From a virus: DNA of 64,000 bases. A program made the translations under genes and the position numbers. The stretch is from the IMG/VR virus record IMGVR_UViG_3300032235_000437, positions 1 to 64,000 of that record; one strand, 5' to 3'. The notes beneath the pieces are model-generated. The model was not told where the DNA came from, did no database searches, and saw only the letters and a list, made by a program, of their open reading frames with translations. Shown one piece after another: positions 46,664 through 55,849 of the stretch; the first letter of the stretch is position 1, and each line of letters starts with the position of its first letter.

Positions 46664-46867
46664 TTATTTTTTGGTTTTATTCTTAGGTACGCCAGCCGTA
46701 CTTAGAGCTATTGCTACTGCTTGACGACGTTGTGCTTCTTTGGCGCTTATACCTAATTTTTTAGACAGAGTTTTGACACCCTTGCTGCGAGTTTTACCTG
46801 GCTTATTCATAAGCTCAGATATATTCGCAGATATAGTTTTCTCAGAGGAACCGCGCTTAAGAGGCAT
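46664..46867 (-). CDS. Small basic conserved phage protein
   Basis: MPLKRGSSEKTISANISELM...QAVAIALSTAG. Confidence 0.75.
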   Translation of the reverse strand: MPLKRGSSEKTISANISELMNKPGKTRSKGVKTLSKKLGISAKEAQRRQAVAIALSTAGVPKNKTKK

Positions 46868-47192
46868 CTCGCATCATCCTTGCTGATGGCGGTAACATAT
46901 CATCCTCAACTTCAACTTCTTCAGGAGAAGCGGCGCCATTAGTATCTACTTCTTCACTATCTTCAGTCTCTGTTTCAGACTCATGCTCTTCGTCTTCTTC
47001 AAAACCTTGATAAACAGCGTAGTCACGTAGTGAGTTGATATATGCATAGCAAATAGCTAGTTTGTTAGTCCACCAAGTAGGTAGTTCTCTTTCAGTCTCT
47101 GGTAAGCTTGTTAGTATAGTTTCTGCATCTTCTACTATAGATCTACATAGTGATAGAGATGAGACAACATCTTTATGTCCTGACTTTTTCAT
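46857..47192 (-). CDS. Hypothetical protein with acidic tail
   Basis: LPTWWTNKLA motif; E/D-rich C-terminus; RBS AGGAG. Confidence 0.65.
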   Translation of the reverse strand: MKKSGHKDVVSSLSLCRSIVEDAETILTSLPETERELPTWWTNKLAICYAYINSLRDYAVYQGFEEDEEHESETETEDSEEVDTNGAASPEEVEVEDDMLPPSARMMRDAS

Positions 47193-47217
47193 GAAATCTC
47201 CTTTATTGTGTATACTC

Positions 47218-47246
47218 AGTATAATAAAAAATATTTATATAGGCAA
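47218..47246 (-). promoter_or_regulatory. sigma70 promoter
   Basis: TTGCCT-17-TATACT. Confidence 0.7.
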
Positions 47247-47260
47247 ATACTCTTTTAAAA

Positions 47261-47698
47261 TTAAGTATATTGATAAGCTATAAAAAATCTGCTAGTACCG
47301 TTATTTATATTTGTACTTATTACAGGTGCTTTATAGATAGGTAGATGACCTAAAAATGTTATAGCAGGATGATCAAATAGGCATCTTAGATATATTATAC
47401 CGCCAGGCTTAATAACTCTCAGTACTTCACTTACTTGAGTTTTACAGATGTCTTTATCATCTGAAAAAACACCAAAACATAGTACTTTATCAAAAGTATT
47501 ATCGTCAAAAGGTAGATTACTTATATCAGAATTAATATCAGCATAGGTAGATTCTAAATCAACGCCAATTATATCAGAGTTAATAATTTTATATAGGTTC
47601 TCACCACAACCAGCGTCTAGTATTTTGCCAGACAACAGTTCAGGAATTAGTAGTCTACCAGTTTCAGGGTATCTATTTAATCTTCTAAGTATATCCAT
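47261..47698 (-). CDS. Small SAM-dependent methyltransferase (type 11)
   Basis: ILDAGCG, LPFDDNTFD and EVLRVIKPGG motifs. Confidence 0.85.
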   Translation of the reverse strand: MDILRRLNRYPETGRLLIPELLSGKILDAGCGENLYKIINSDIIGVDLESTYADINSDISNLPFDDNTFDKVLCFGVFSDDKDICKTQVSEVLRVIKPGGIIYLRCLFDHPAITFLGHLPIYKAPVISTNINNGTSRFFIAYQYT

Positions 47699-48401
47699 TA
47701 TTAAACCACTCTAAAACCTTTATGTAATCATCTTGAACATCTACAGAGATACTGTCTGATATTTCTTGATATGTGCCTATGTTTATACCTGCTACTAAAG
47801 CTCGCAGTAGCTCTACACCTTCTACTAACTCTAAGGTAGTAACTGTATGCGTATAAAACCGTCTAAGTGCTGACCTAGTAAAGCTAATTATACATAGTTG
47901 TTTTTTTAAAGGTATACTACCTCTAAAATTACTGGGACAGCTGCTTCGTGTTAGATAAAGAAGCCTATTTAGTTCTTCTACTACTTTTACTCTGTTTATA
48001 TCGTCATACTCAAGTAATTGATACGGCATAACAATATCTGTATTCAACAGTTTAGTATTATATATGAGTCTGGTTATTACTGCAGGATCAAGCATAGGCT
48101 CATCGCCTTGAATATCTACAATGATGCAGTCTTCTGGTAAGTTTAGTGATTCAGCAGCTTCTGCTATTCTATCAGTACCGTTTAAATGGCTTCCAGTCTT
48201 AACAGTAGATATACCGTAGTTGGTACATACTTCTATTATTCTATCAGAATCAGTACAAACATATACGGCATCTAACTCTGCACACTTTAAAGCTTGTTGC
48301 GCCACTTTTACTATCATAGGTACTTCGCCTATTGGTAGTAGCAACTTTTCTTTTAGCCTAGTGCTTTCAAGTCTTGCCGGTATTAAGCCATAGATCTGCA
48401 T
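47685..48401 (-). CDS. kdsB: CMP-Kdo synthetase (KdsB)-like acylneuraminate/Kdo cytidylyltransferase
   Basis: IPARLESTRL..K.L, GTDRIAEA, IQGDEP, E..ELLRAL and SVDVQDD motifs. Confidence 0.85.
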   Translation of the reverse strand: MQIYGLIPARLESTRLKEKLLLPIGEVPMIVKVAQQALKCAELDAVYVCTDSDRIIEVCTNYGISTVKTGSHLNGTDRIAEAAESLNLPEDCIIVDIQGDEPMLDPAVITRLIYNTKLLNTDIVMPYQLLEYDDINRVKVVEELNRLLYLTRSSCPSNFRGSIPLKKQLCIISFTRSALRRFYTHTVTTLELVEGVELLRALVAGINIGTYQEISDSISVDVQDDYIKVLEWFNNGYT

Positions 48402-49185
48402 ATTGTTTTCCCATTAGATTACCTTTTACACTACAGTTTTTGCAAGAGCTATTAACAGCTCTATTGCCGCGAATTAGCTCTATACGAGTATTAGTAAATT
48501 CTTCACCTATCCACACATCACTTATATCATTTATAAGTATATTACCGAATATTTTTGATTTTTTCCAGTCATTACTACATAGCAGTACATCACCAGTAGT
48601 ATCTATTACAACTCTATATGATGGAAAATAACAAGGATTTGCTACACTTTGTTCCCATAACAATCCGCCTCTATTGTTAAAACCATACTGCTCAAAGTTA
48701 TCTTCTCCGTTATCGTAATGATCACGTACATGAATGTTAGTAGAAGCTAGTTTTTGAATTTCTGGATTATTATCATAATCATTAACAATTAACCTAGTTA
48801 AGCCAGCAGTAAATAGCTGAGAAGTAGTAAATTTTTTAGATAATATAGAGTCACCATTAGTAATTAACTCAACATCAAATACTGATAGTATTTTTATGAT
48901 TTCTAATATCTTAGGGTGTAGTGTAGGCTCACTGAACCCGCTTAATATGATATAACCCTTAAAAGAGTGACTAACTAATTGTGAAACTAATGTTTGTATA
49001 GTATCTATGCTAATATGTTTATTTACATTAGGATATAGACTAGCACTATGTCTTGGACAAAAACTACAAGTTCTGTTGCATAATTCTGTAAGATTTATAT
49101 CTACGGCAGCTAATCCTGGAAGCTTATCATTTCTAATATTACCTAAAGTTTTTGTTCTAAAGGCTAAGTGTTGTTCTAAGTTCAT
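48367..49185 (-). CDS. Radical SAM protein with SPASM/twitch domain
   Basis: CNRTCSFC, SGFSEPTLH, NNRGG and PCYFP...LCSND...CKNC. Confidence 0.9.
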   Translation of the reverse strand: MNLEQHLAFRTKTLGNIRNDKLPGLAAVDINLTELCNRTCSFCPRHSASLYPNVNKHISIDTIQTLVSQLVSHSFKGYIILSGFSEPTLHPKILEIIKILSVFDVELITNGDSILSKKFTTSQLFTAGLTRLIVNDYDNNPEIQKLASTNIHVRDHYDNGEDNFEQYGFNNRGGLLWEQSVANPCYFPSYRVVIDTTGDVLLCSNDWKKSKIFGNILINDISDVWIGEEFTNTRIELIRGNRAVNSSCKNCSVKGNLMGKQYADLWLNTGKT

Positions 49186-50054
49186 AATAACTCTTTATTA
49201 ATTAACGCCATTCTGTAAGTATTATCTACTTTTCTATAACCAAACTTATCAGTTAGTTTATTGCTTTGTTTAAAAAGCACAAAGTTACCGACGCTTGGTT
49301 CAGTGTTATAGTTAGATTCTAAGTACATCTTAGTCTTAAGCATACGTCTTACTACTGCTGGAGTATCACCAATAAGCTCGCTAACTAGAGTAGGAGCTAA
49401 AGAATTGCATACAAAGTTAGATCTATATTCTTGTAGCTTAGCAGTTATAGCTACGGAAGCAAAGCAGAATCCAACGCGTAACCCAGCTAGTCCTAAGCTT
49501 TTACTAAGTGTTTTAACAATTATAACGTTATCAGGTATGTTGTGAAGCATAGAGTGCTGAGGATAAAAATCTGCGTAAGATTCATCAATTATACATAACT
49601 TATAGCGTTTACTTATTTCAGTTAATTCTAAGCTATAACCATATAGACCGCTAGGATTAGCTATATACAGCACTTCATTCGTATCGTTATGTAAACAATC
49701 TACAGAGACTGTCCTATACTTCTTTGAATATAGCGTAGCGTATATCTCCATCATTTCAAAAGTAGGAGTTACTATGCTGATATGCTTAAAAGATAGCGCC
49801 TTAAATATGCGCTCTAGTATCTCTGTGGCACCGTACCCTACAGTAGTACAGCTAATAGGCTTATTATAGTAGTCGCATATAGCTGTGTATAGCGTAAAAG
49901 TGTCTGGATAGCTGCTAATGTTAACTGTACTGGCTAATTGCTTAGCTTTATCTACTATGTACATATCGTAATGAACATTTTTTGCTAAATCTATAGCAGC
50001 ATTATTCTGCGGAGCTAAGCCTGGACGTGATACTTGTATTTCTAAGTTTATCAT
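49182..50054 (-). CDS. PLP-dependent aminotransferase/decarboxylase (class I/II, HisC/CobD-like)
   Basis: ANPSG, IDESYADF and KTLSKSLGLAGLRVG motifs. Confidence 0.85.
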   Translation of the reverse strand: MINLEIQVSRPGLAPQNNAAIDLAKNVHYDMYIVDKAKQLASTVNISSYPDTFTLYTAICDYYNKPISCTTVGYGATEILERIFKALSFKHISIVTPTFEMMEIYATLYSKKYRTVSVDCLHNDTNEVLYIANPSGLYGYSLELTEISKRYKLCIIDESYADFYPQHSMLHNIPDNVIIVKTLSKSLGLAGLRVGFCFASVAITAKLQEYRSNFVCNSLAPTLVSELIGDTPAVVRRMLKTKMYLESNYNTEPSVGNFVLFKQSNKLTDKFGYRKVDNTYRMALINKELL

Positions 50055-50661
50055 ATAGTATTATATCTCGTTCGTAATAAGAATTTACAAGCTGTTTAGT
50101 GCTAGCCGTATAAAAATAATCTATTAAATCTTTTGTAGCTGCGTTAGAAGAGCTATTTACACACTCTAAGCTACCAAGTGTCTTGTTGAAGTACTTAATG
50201 TATAGAACTTGCAACTCTTCAAACAGTGAATCGTATAAAAGCAACGTAGTGCTAGGTGCTATAAAATCTGATTGTAACAAATTCTGCCATCTATGGTCGT
50301 TAATAGTACCTCCACCTTCATATACTAAGTTACTAAATGTGCTAACAGATAACTTATGTAACCCTTGCCTGCATCTATATAAGTATAAACTTAATAACCG
50401 CTCAACAGGGTTTCTTATCACACAAAAACTATTACAATATTCAGGCACAAACCCTAAATTAACTGCTTCGCTCATAGTTATATGAGCTAAACTAGGGTCT
50501 GTGCTGCAATTACGTGTCAAAAAATTGTTTTTATATGTAGTATAGGTTATAACATCTGAATCTGTAGTTAAATCAGACTCAAGTAAGATTTTAGAGACTG
50601 CCGTACTAGCGTTTTTAGGTATTTTTATGAATGCTAGATTATAGCTACTTAAGTATATCAT
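50002..50661 (-). CDS. Sulfotransferase (family 2)
   Basis: FIKIPKNASTA (5'-PSB) and IRNPVERLLSLY (3'-PB). Confidence 0.85.
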   Translation of the reverse strand: MIYLSSYNLAFIKIPKNASTAVSKILLESDLTTDSDVITYTTYKNNFLTRNCSTDPSLAHITMSEAVNLGFVPEYCNSFCVIRNPVERLLSLYLYRCRQGLHKLSVSTFSNLVYEGGGTINDHRWQNLLQSDFIAPSTTLLLYDSLFEELQVLYIKYFNKTLGSLECVNSSSNAATKDLIDYFYTASTKQLVNSYYERDIILYDKLRNTSITSRLSSAE

Positions 50662-51221
50662 TCTGGTACGTAGTTAGTCCCATTTGGGTGACGAGTTAGC
50701 CAATGATTAACTGTAATCCTATAACTTCCAGTACTTTCAAAGCTGTGCCAAGTGATGCCATCTATAGGAGCAAAGATTACAGTTCTATTTTCGCGCCAAT
50801 CTGTAGTTTTAACATACGTTTTATCGCAATCGTACAGCAGTGTGCCTTTTGAACTACTTGGAGCTATGTATGTAACCGCAGATAACACCTTCCAAGGAGC
50901 CTCATCATGCAGTTTATACGAAAAATTACCTAAACATATACTAATATCGTAAAAGCTATATAACGAACTATACTTTCTATGGTTAGGGAACAGTTTAAGC
51001 AAGCGTTCGTCTATGTTTGCAGATTCTGCAAAAGCGGCTGTAGCTGGAAATCTACTTTTAAAATCAGGTTCTTGACTTCTTATAATAGTATGATGTGTCA
51101 AGTTAGAGATATTGGCAGATACATACCTAGTTAGCTCTAGCTTACAAGCATTATATAGTGTAGCATGAAAATAATCATCTAATTCTAAATGAGGCCAAGG
51201 ATTAGTTTGTAAAGTATTCAT
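50658..51221 (-). CDS. 2OG-Fe(II) oxygenase
   Basis: LHDE...GTLLY...TWHS...RITV (HxD/E..H..R). Confidence 0.75.
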   Translation of the reverse strand: MNTLQTNPWPHLELDDYFHATLYNACKLELTRYVSANISNLTHHTIIRSQEPDFKSRFPATAAFAESANIDERLLKLFPNHRKYSSLYSFYDISICLGNFSYKLHDEAPWKVLSAVTYIAPSSSKGTLLYDCDKTYVKTTDWRENRTVIFAPIDGITWHSFESTGSYRITVNHWLTRHPNGTNYVPE

Positions 51222-52140
51222 CTATTGTACAGTTTCTATTAAAATATTTATCAAAACGAGTGTATAAAATATCGTCAAAAGCAGTAGCCACATCTATAAT
51301 AGCAGTATTATAAAACCAAGATAGATATTGATATATGTCTTGTTGCGGTAACTTACGGAATATTACAGAATCTAGATCAGTTACGCTATTACAAAGGTTA
51401 GCTATTAAACCATAAGAATAGTCTATGTCATTTCTAAAATAGCTAACAGGCTTATCTTTAAGCAGCGCGTATAACCCAACGCCAGATTCAATAGATACTA
51501 GAGCGCTACAATGGTCTACTAGAGTATTTGTGTTAGCATCAACGCACAATTCGCTATACTTAGACTTATTAGGAATCTTATCCCATTCCTCAAACGGATC
51601 AGAACAATCTGTGGGAAAAGGGTGTGCTTTAAATATAACTCTATGTTTATTACGCTCAGCCCAAGTATTCATATAAGCAACTAGATACTGTTCAGTTCTC
51701 ATCTCATTTAAAACAACTAATACATAAGGCGTTTCAGGAACATAGCTATTAGCACTAAGTGCATACTTACTCCAGGATACACTATGTAAATAATCAATAG
51801 TACTGTAGTTGGTGTTATGAGTTAGCCAGTATGGTTTAATATCAAAGTGTCGTACCAATCGTTCTTCGGGAACCAGCTTAAAAAAACAAAATACTGGAGT
51901 TCCTTCGCCGTAACTTAAATAACGACCAACTCCAGTATTATAGTAATATACTAACTGCCCCGTAAAACTAGCAGACATGTTTTGTACGCTAGACATAAAA
52001 CATTTTATATGTTTAGCATTAATCCACTTTTCACGCTGATTATTACGCTGAATACACCAATCATAGTGATTGACTGTGCGAGTTAAATCCAAAGGCAAAG
52101 CGATATCCTTCTGACCAAACGGTATGCCATAAAGGCGCAT
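51202..52140 (-). CDS. Capsule polysaccharide biosynthesis/export-like GT-B protein (KpsS/KpsC-like)
   Basis: VIFKAHP and LVSIESGVGLYALLKDKPV motifs. Confidence 0.6.
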   Translation of the reverse strand: MRLYGIPFGQKDIALPLDLTRTVNHYDWCIQRNNQREKWINAKHIKCFMSSVQNMSASFTGQLVYYYNTGVGRYLSYGEGTPVFCFFKLVPEERLVRHFDIKPYWLTHNTNYSTIDYLHSVSWSKYALSANSYVPETPYVLVVLNEMRTEQYLVAYMNTWAERNKHRVIFKAHPFPTDCSDPFEEWDKIPNKSKYSELCVDANTNTLVDHCSALVSIESGVGLYALLKDKPVSYFRNDIDYSYGLIANLCNSVTDLDSVIFRKLPQQDIYQYLSWFYNTAIIDVATAFDDILYTRFDKYFNRNCTIDEYFTN

Positions 52141-52573
52141 TTTTATCTATTTTAAAAGTTCTAGCTGTCCAACCAATGTCATCTTCGTCGTTATAAACTA
52201 GCCCATTTTCTACACTTCTATATCTAAATATGCTACGCTTCTTAGAGTATATATAGTATGTTCTCATACCTTCTAGATTAGAGTTAGTGTGCCAAGGCAT
52301 ACTAGAATTAGGGGCGTAACAAATAGCATTTGTGCAAGTGTGCGCGCCTAACAAAGCAGTAGCTTCGGTTAACCGGCTATCATCAAGAGAACATAAATGA
52401 ACTATGTTAGCAGTAGATTTATGAGGAACGTCTGCTGAAGGTAGTGCAGTAGCTATAAAATCGTGATATTTAACATTACCAACATGCGGTAATGTACTAC
52501 CTTGTACGTAATCAGAGATTATAGTCTGTAGTATCTCAGTAACTGATAAATTAACTGTTATTTTCATTTTCAA
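52061..52573 (-). CDS. Cupin/2OG-oxygenase-like protein
   Basis: YAPNSSMPWHTN...LWHTVWS..YRFAFGF. Confidence 0.6.
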   Translation of the reverse strand: MKMKITVNLSVTEILQTIISDYVQGSTLPHVGNVKYHDFIATALPSADVPHKSTANIVHLCSLDDSRLTEATALLGAHTCTNAICYAPNSSMPWHTNSNLEGMRTYYIYSKKRSIFRYRSVENGLVYNDEDDIGWTARTFKIDKNAPLWHTVWSEGYRFAFGFNSHSQSL

Positions 52574-52787
52574 TAGCTGCTAATATTGCATCAATTTCTT
52601 CTAGTGTTAAAGTTGGAGTAGGTGTAATAGTAGGAGTGTTATCTATAAACGCTCCTTTCTCATATTTATCACCCACACTAACTGAACTATCAGCTAGCAC
52701 GTAAGTGCTGTCAGGCGGAACGAAACTATTTGTGGCTATAATAACGTTAACTACTACGTTGTTTTTGATAATTGCATATGTTTTCAT
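52551..52787 (-). CDS. Small tail-fibre assembly-type protein
   Basis: MKTYAIIKNNVVVNVII...VGDKYEKGAF follows a fibre-like gene. Confidence 0.6.
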   Translation of the reverse strand: MKTYAIIKNNVVVNVIIATNSFVPPDSTYVLADSSVSVGDKYEKGAFIDNTPTITPTPTLTLEEIDAILAAIENENNS

Positions 52788-52788
52788 A

Positions 52789-53610
52789 TTAATAAAATAC
52801 TACAACTGCTCCAGGTCTACCAGGACCTGCAGGACTACCACCAAAAGGAGAAGATGTGCCAGGTGTACCACCAGCACCAGCAGATACACTATCCGTTATG
52901 TTATATAAAGTCGCACCAGGGTAGCCATTACTAGGACTGTTAGAAAAAGTAACAGTTTGTAAAACAGGAGTTACTGTATCTAGTACTCCGTACGCATTTG
53001 CGTCTACAAAATCTATAACAGATGAGTAAAGAGTTGATTGCCCGTTTAAAAAATTTCCAGTACTGCTAGTACCTGGATTGCCCGGAGCGCCAGCACCAGC
53101 ACCCTGAAAAGTAGGAGCGGCAGAGCCATTAGTACCGCCGGTAGCTACAATACCAAAAAAAGAGCTAGTACCAGTAACACCGCCAACTACAGCAGGCATA
53201 CTATTACCAGAAACTAAGGGTATAAAGCTAGAGCCAGCACCTCCACGACCTCCAGCACCTCCCGCATTTGAATACGGAGTATCACCACCTATTGAGAATC
53301 CAGAGCCTCCTGAACCTCCACCACCTATAACAACAACTAGACCCTTAGTAACACCTGGAGGCACAGTCCAAGAACTAGTTGCGTTAATAAGCGCAAAATT
53401 AGTATATACATTATCGCCTTTTGTCAATCGAAAATTAGGATCTGTTGAGATGAATATACCGCTATCGCCATCAAAAGTAAGACCGGCTTTTATAGTAAGT
53501 AGTGAGCTAGCATCTGTAAGTTGATTAGGTAGTAGCCCTGAAGCTTGTGAGCGTGACAGGGTGTTACCGTCATTCATTTGTATACCGCTAGGATTTACAC
53601 TTATAGGCAT
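52789..53610 (-). CDS. Glycine-rich domain virion protein (fibre-associated)
   Basis: SSWTVPPGVTKGLVVVIGGGGSGG...GAVVVFY. Confidence 0.7.
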   Translation of the reverse strand: MPISVNPSGIQMNDGNTLSRSQASGLLPNQLTDASSLLTIKAGLTFDGDSGIFISTDPNFRLTKGDNVYTNFALINATSSWTVPPGVTKGLVVVIGGGGSGGSGFSIGGDTPYSNAGGAGGRGGAGSSFIPLVSGNSMPAVVGGVTGTSSFFGIVATGGTNGSAAPTFQGAGAGAPGNPGTSSTGNFLNGQSTLYSSVIDFVDANAYGVLDTVTPVLQTVTFSNSPSNGYPGATLYNITDSVSAGAGGTPGTSSPFGGSPAGPGRPGAVVVFY

Positions 53611-53969
53611 CAGAAATCCTCTGGGTTTAATCCTGCTGGCTTAACCAGTTTAAGTGCTTCTGGTGTTGCAGCAGCTTCAATACCAGGGTGAGCTGGCGCA
53701 TCACGTAGTGCTTGCTTTTGTGCAACAATAGTTGCAGTATCTGCACCTGTTTCTAGTGCTTTCATAAATTCCGCATCTAGAGCTTGTAGTTGTGGAGTTC
53801 GCGCGCGACGAATGCGCTCACGCCATAGGTTTCTAGCAGTTGGCATGTGTACTGATATAACACCAGCTTCACTATCTGCAGCCCATGCATCTCTGAATAG
53901 TCGTTCTTCTGGTAGTACGTATAGAGAGGAATCATATAGACTACCACCAATTTTAATTAATACTGACAT
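53610..53969 (-). CDS. Tail fibre assembly chaperone-like protein
   Basis: FRDAW...RERIRRARTPQLQALD.EFMKALE...KQALRDAP. Confidence 0.75.
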   Translation of the reverse strand: MSVLIKIGGSLYDSSLYVLPEERLFRDAWAADSEAGVISVHMPTARNLWRERIRRARTPQLQALDAEFMKALETGADTATIVAQKQALRDAPAHPGIEAAATPEALKLVKPAGLNPEDF

Positions 53970-53979
53970 TATTATTCCT

Positions 53980-54357
53980 TTATCTCATTAACAATACGCA
54001 TACATCTGCAGGATCTGCAGTGCTTTTACCTGTATTTGCATATATAGTATTTATACGTAAAAATGTGCTAGTTTTCCAGTTGGTTATAAGAACAGCGTTA
54101 GGACCTCCTACCCAAGCATGTTGGTTTACGTTGTCATAACCAGCACTACCGCTATAAGTATAATTTATATCACCTATAGCTGTGCTAAAAGTAAGTGTTT
54201 GATCCCCAATAGCATTATCTGTTACTGAAGAAGTAAATCCACCATTAGCTCGTATAGTAGGAACTGTTGTTAGCGGTGTATAGTTTATATAAGCACGTAA
54301 CACATATAATCCTATACCAGCAGTAGTCTGTAAATTATCAACTTTTAACGTACTCAT
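53980..54357 (-). CDS. Short tail-fibre-tip-like paralog 4
   Basis: MSTLKVDNLQ...RAYINY...SSVTDNAIGD; start corrected via ATGA overlap. Confidence 0.65.
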   Translation of the reverse strand: MSTLKVDNLQTTAGIGLYVLRAYINYTPLTTVPTIRANGGFTSSVTDNAIGDQTLTFSTAIGDINYTYSGSAGYDNVNQHAWVGGPNAVLITNWKTSTFLRINTIYANTGKSTADPADVCVLLMR

Positions 54358-54725
54358 GCGCTCATTCTCCAAGCATTTCGCCATTCACGTGTCTCAGGGA
54401 ATTGCCGTCTTTTACAAATTTTAAACCGTGGTTTATTAGCTGTTTTATCGCCCCAAACGTGTTGAGGAATATCTTTTATAATCAAATACATAATAGCTTC
54501 TTCTTCTGTGAGCGGAGGCAACTTAGGAGTATTATATATAATATCATAACGCTCATCTTCGCTTATCTCTTCTCGCAATTTAAAATGAGCACCTATCGGT
54601 AATAATTCACCGCCCTGCATAGCTTGATACATCCATTCTGGCGCAGGTATTAATACCTTAGCTGGTGCATCTGGTTCTAGAGGGTCTTCAAATAATACTA
54701 CATACTCTGTTTCAAATCTTTTCAT
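54354..54725 (-). CDS. Tail fibre assembly-associated protein
   Basis: PLTEEEAIMYLIIKDIP...P.TREWRNAWR. Confidence 0.65.
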   Translation of the reverse strand: MKRFETEYVVLFEDPLEPDAPAKVLIPAPEWMYQAMQGGELLPIGAHFKLREEISEDERYDIIYNTPKLPPLTEEEAIMYLIIKDIPQHVWGDKTANKPRFKICKRRQFPETREWRNAWRMSA

Positions 54726-55108
54726 CTTAAATACCTATTATACGATCCCATAACTCCAACATATAGTGGGTCTACATAAGCTGTTGTGTATGCTGCGAGT
54801 GTTACGCCAGATCCCACCCCAACAGCTCCTGGGTAGGCTACGTTAGCTAGCGAAGCGTTATTATCTCTTGCTATACACGAGCTACAAGCAATTTGCGTAT
54901 TACTATTACTTAGGGTTTGCAAATCTACTAATACTCTATATCTACCTACAGAAATATCTATAATACTAGAAGTTGAGTATGAGTTCGCTATTACTGGAGT
55001 ACCAGTTGATGCGTTAAAAGCACACCAAAGTTTATTTCCTTTGACTAAACCTTCAGTAAGGAAACTATTACTTTGAAAAATTAGATTAGAAACTAATAGC
55101 GTGCTCAT
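54722..55108 (-). CDS. Short tail-fibre-tip-like paralog 3
   Basis: MSTLLVSNL...KLWCAFN...SSIIDISVGRYR; start corrected to 55108. Confidence 0.65.
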   Translation of the reverse strand: MSTLLVSNLIFQSNSFLTEGLVKGNKLWCAFNASTGTPVIANSYSTSSIIDISVGRYRVLVDLQTLSNSNTQIACSSCIARDNNASLANVAYPGAVGVGSGVTLAAYTTAYVDPLYVGVMGSYNRYLR

Positions 55109-55109
55109 A

Positions 55110-55484
55110 TCAATAACCGTTACAAGAAATAATTCCTGCCGCCCATCCTGATGTGTAATAACTGGTTCTATACGCTGAGCCAGTATAAAAAGCTCCATTA
55201 TACCCGAACCCAGTAACTGTATAATCAGTTGACGTAGCGCATAGAACAGGCCTACTGTTCAGAGTTGTACTCAGCACTTTATCTGGATAAAACTCAGCTA
55301 TACCTACTTGTATATCCACAACGCTAGATAAACCAAATGAGTAACGAACTTGTGCTGGGTATGGAGAAGGGCCATACAGCGTATCATACACAACAACAGT
55401 TTTGGCATTACCTGTATAAAGGTCCGCCATAGATCTAGACTGTGTTGGTGTGCTTAATGTGTCTACACGTAAAGAAGAAGTCAT
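55110..55484 (-). CDS. Short tail-fibre-tip-like paralog 2
   Basis: MTSSLRVDTL...AKTVVVY...SFGLSSVVDIQVG. Confidence 0.65.
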   Translation of the reverse strand: MTSSLRVDTLSTPTQSRSMADLYTGNAKTVVVYDTLYGPSPYPAQVRYSFGLSSVVDIQVGIAEFYPDKVLSTTLNSRPVLCATSTDYTVTGFGYNGAFYTGSAYRTSYYTSGWAAGIISCNGY

Positions 55485-55849
55485 TAAAATACAAACCCCG
55501 ACACGTACTGAGGAGTTAACTCCGCAGCTACGCCTATTCTTATAGCTGGACCAGTACTTTCATATATAGCAGTAGTAAGATTAAAAGAGGTGCCAATAGT
55601 ATTTTGTACATGGCTTGTTCCAGCAAATCTAGCACCATTAGAGCCTGGAAGTGTTACTGACAGCAAAGAACGATATAAGCCTGTACCTATATCTTGAGTT
55701 GAAGAAATGTTAAAAGTATTATTGTTGCTAGGCACACCACTAATTACAGCTATAGTAACCCATGCCTTAGCAGACCCTGTAATTGGGTCTTCCGCTAAAC
55801 ACATTTCTGTATCTGAATAACCAATACGGTCAACGTTAACAGTACTCAT
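55484..55849 (-). CDS. Short tail-fibre-tip-like paralog 1
   Basis: MSTVNVDRI...SAKAWVTI...FNISSTQDIGTGLYR. Confidence 0.65.
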   Translation of the reverse strand: MSTVNVDRIGYSDTEMCLAEDPITGSAKAWVTIAVISGVPSNNNTFNISSTQDIGTGLYRSLLSVTLPGSNGARFAGTSHVQNTIGTSFNLTTAIYESTGPAIRIGVAAELTPQYVSGFVF

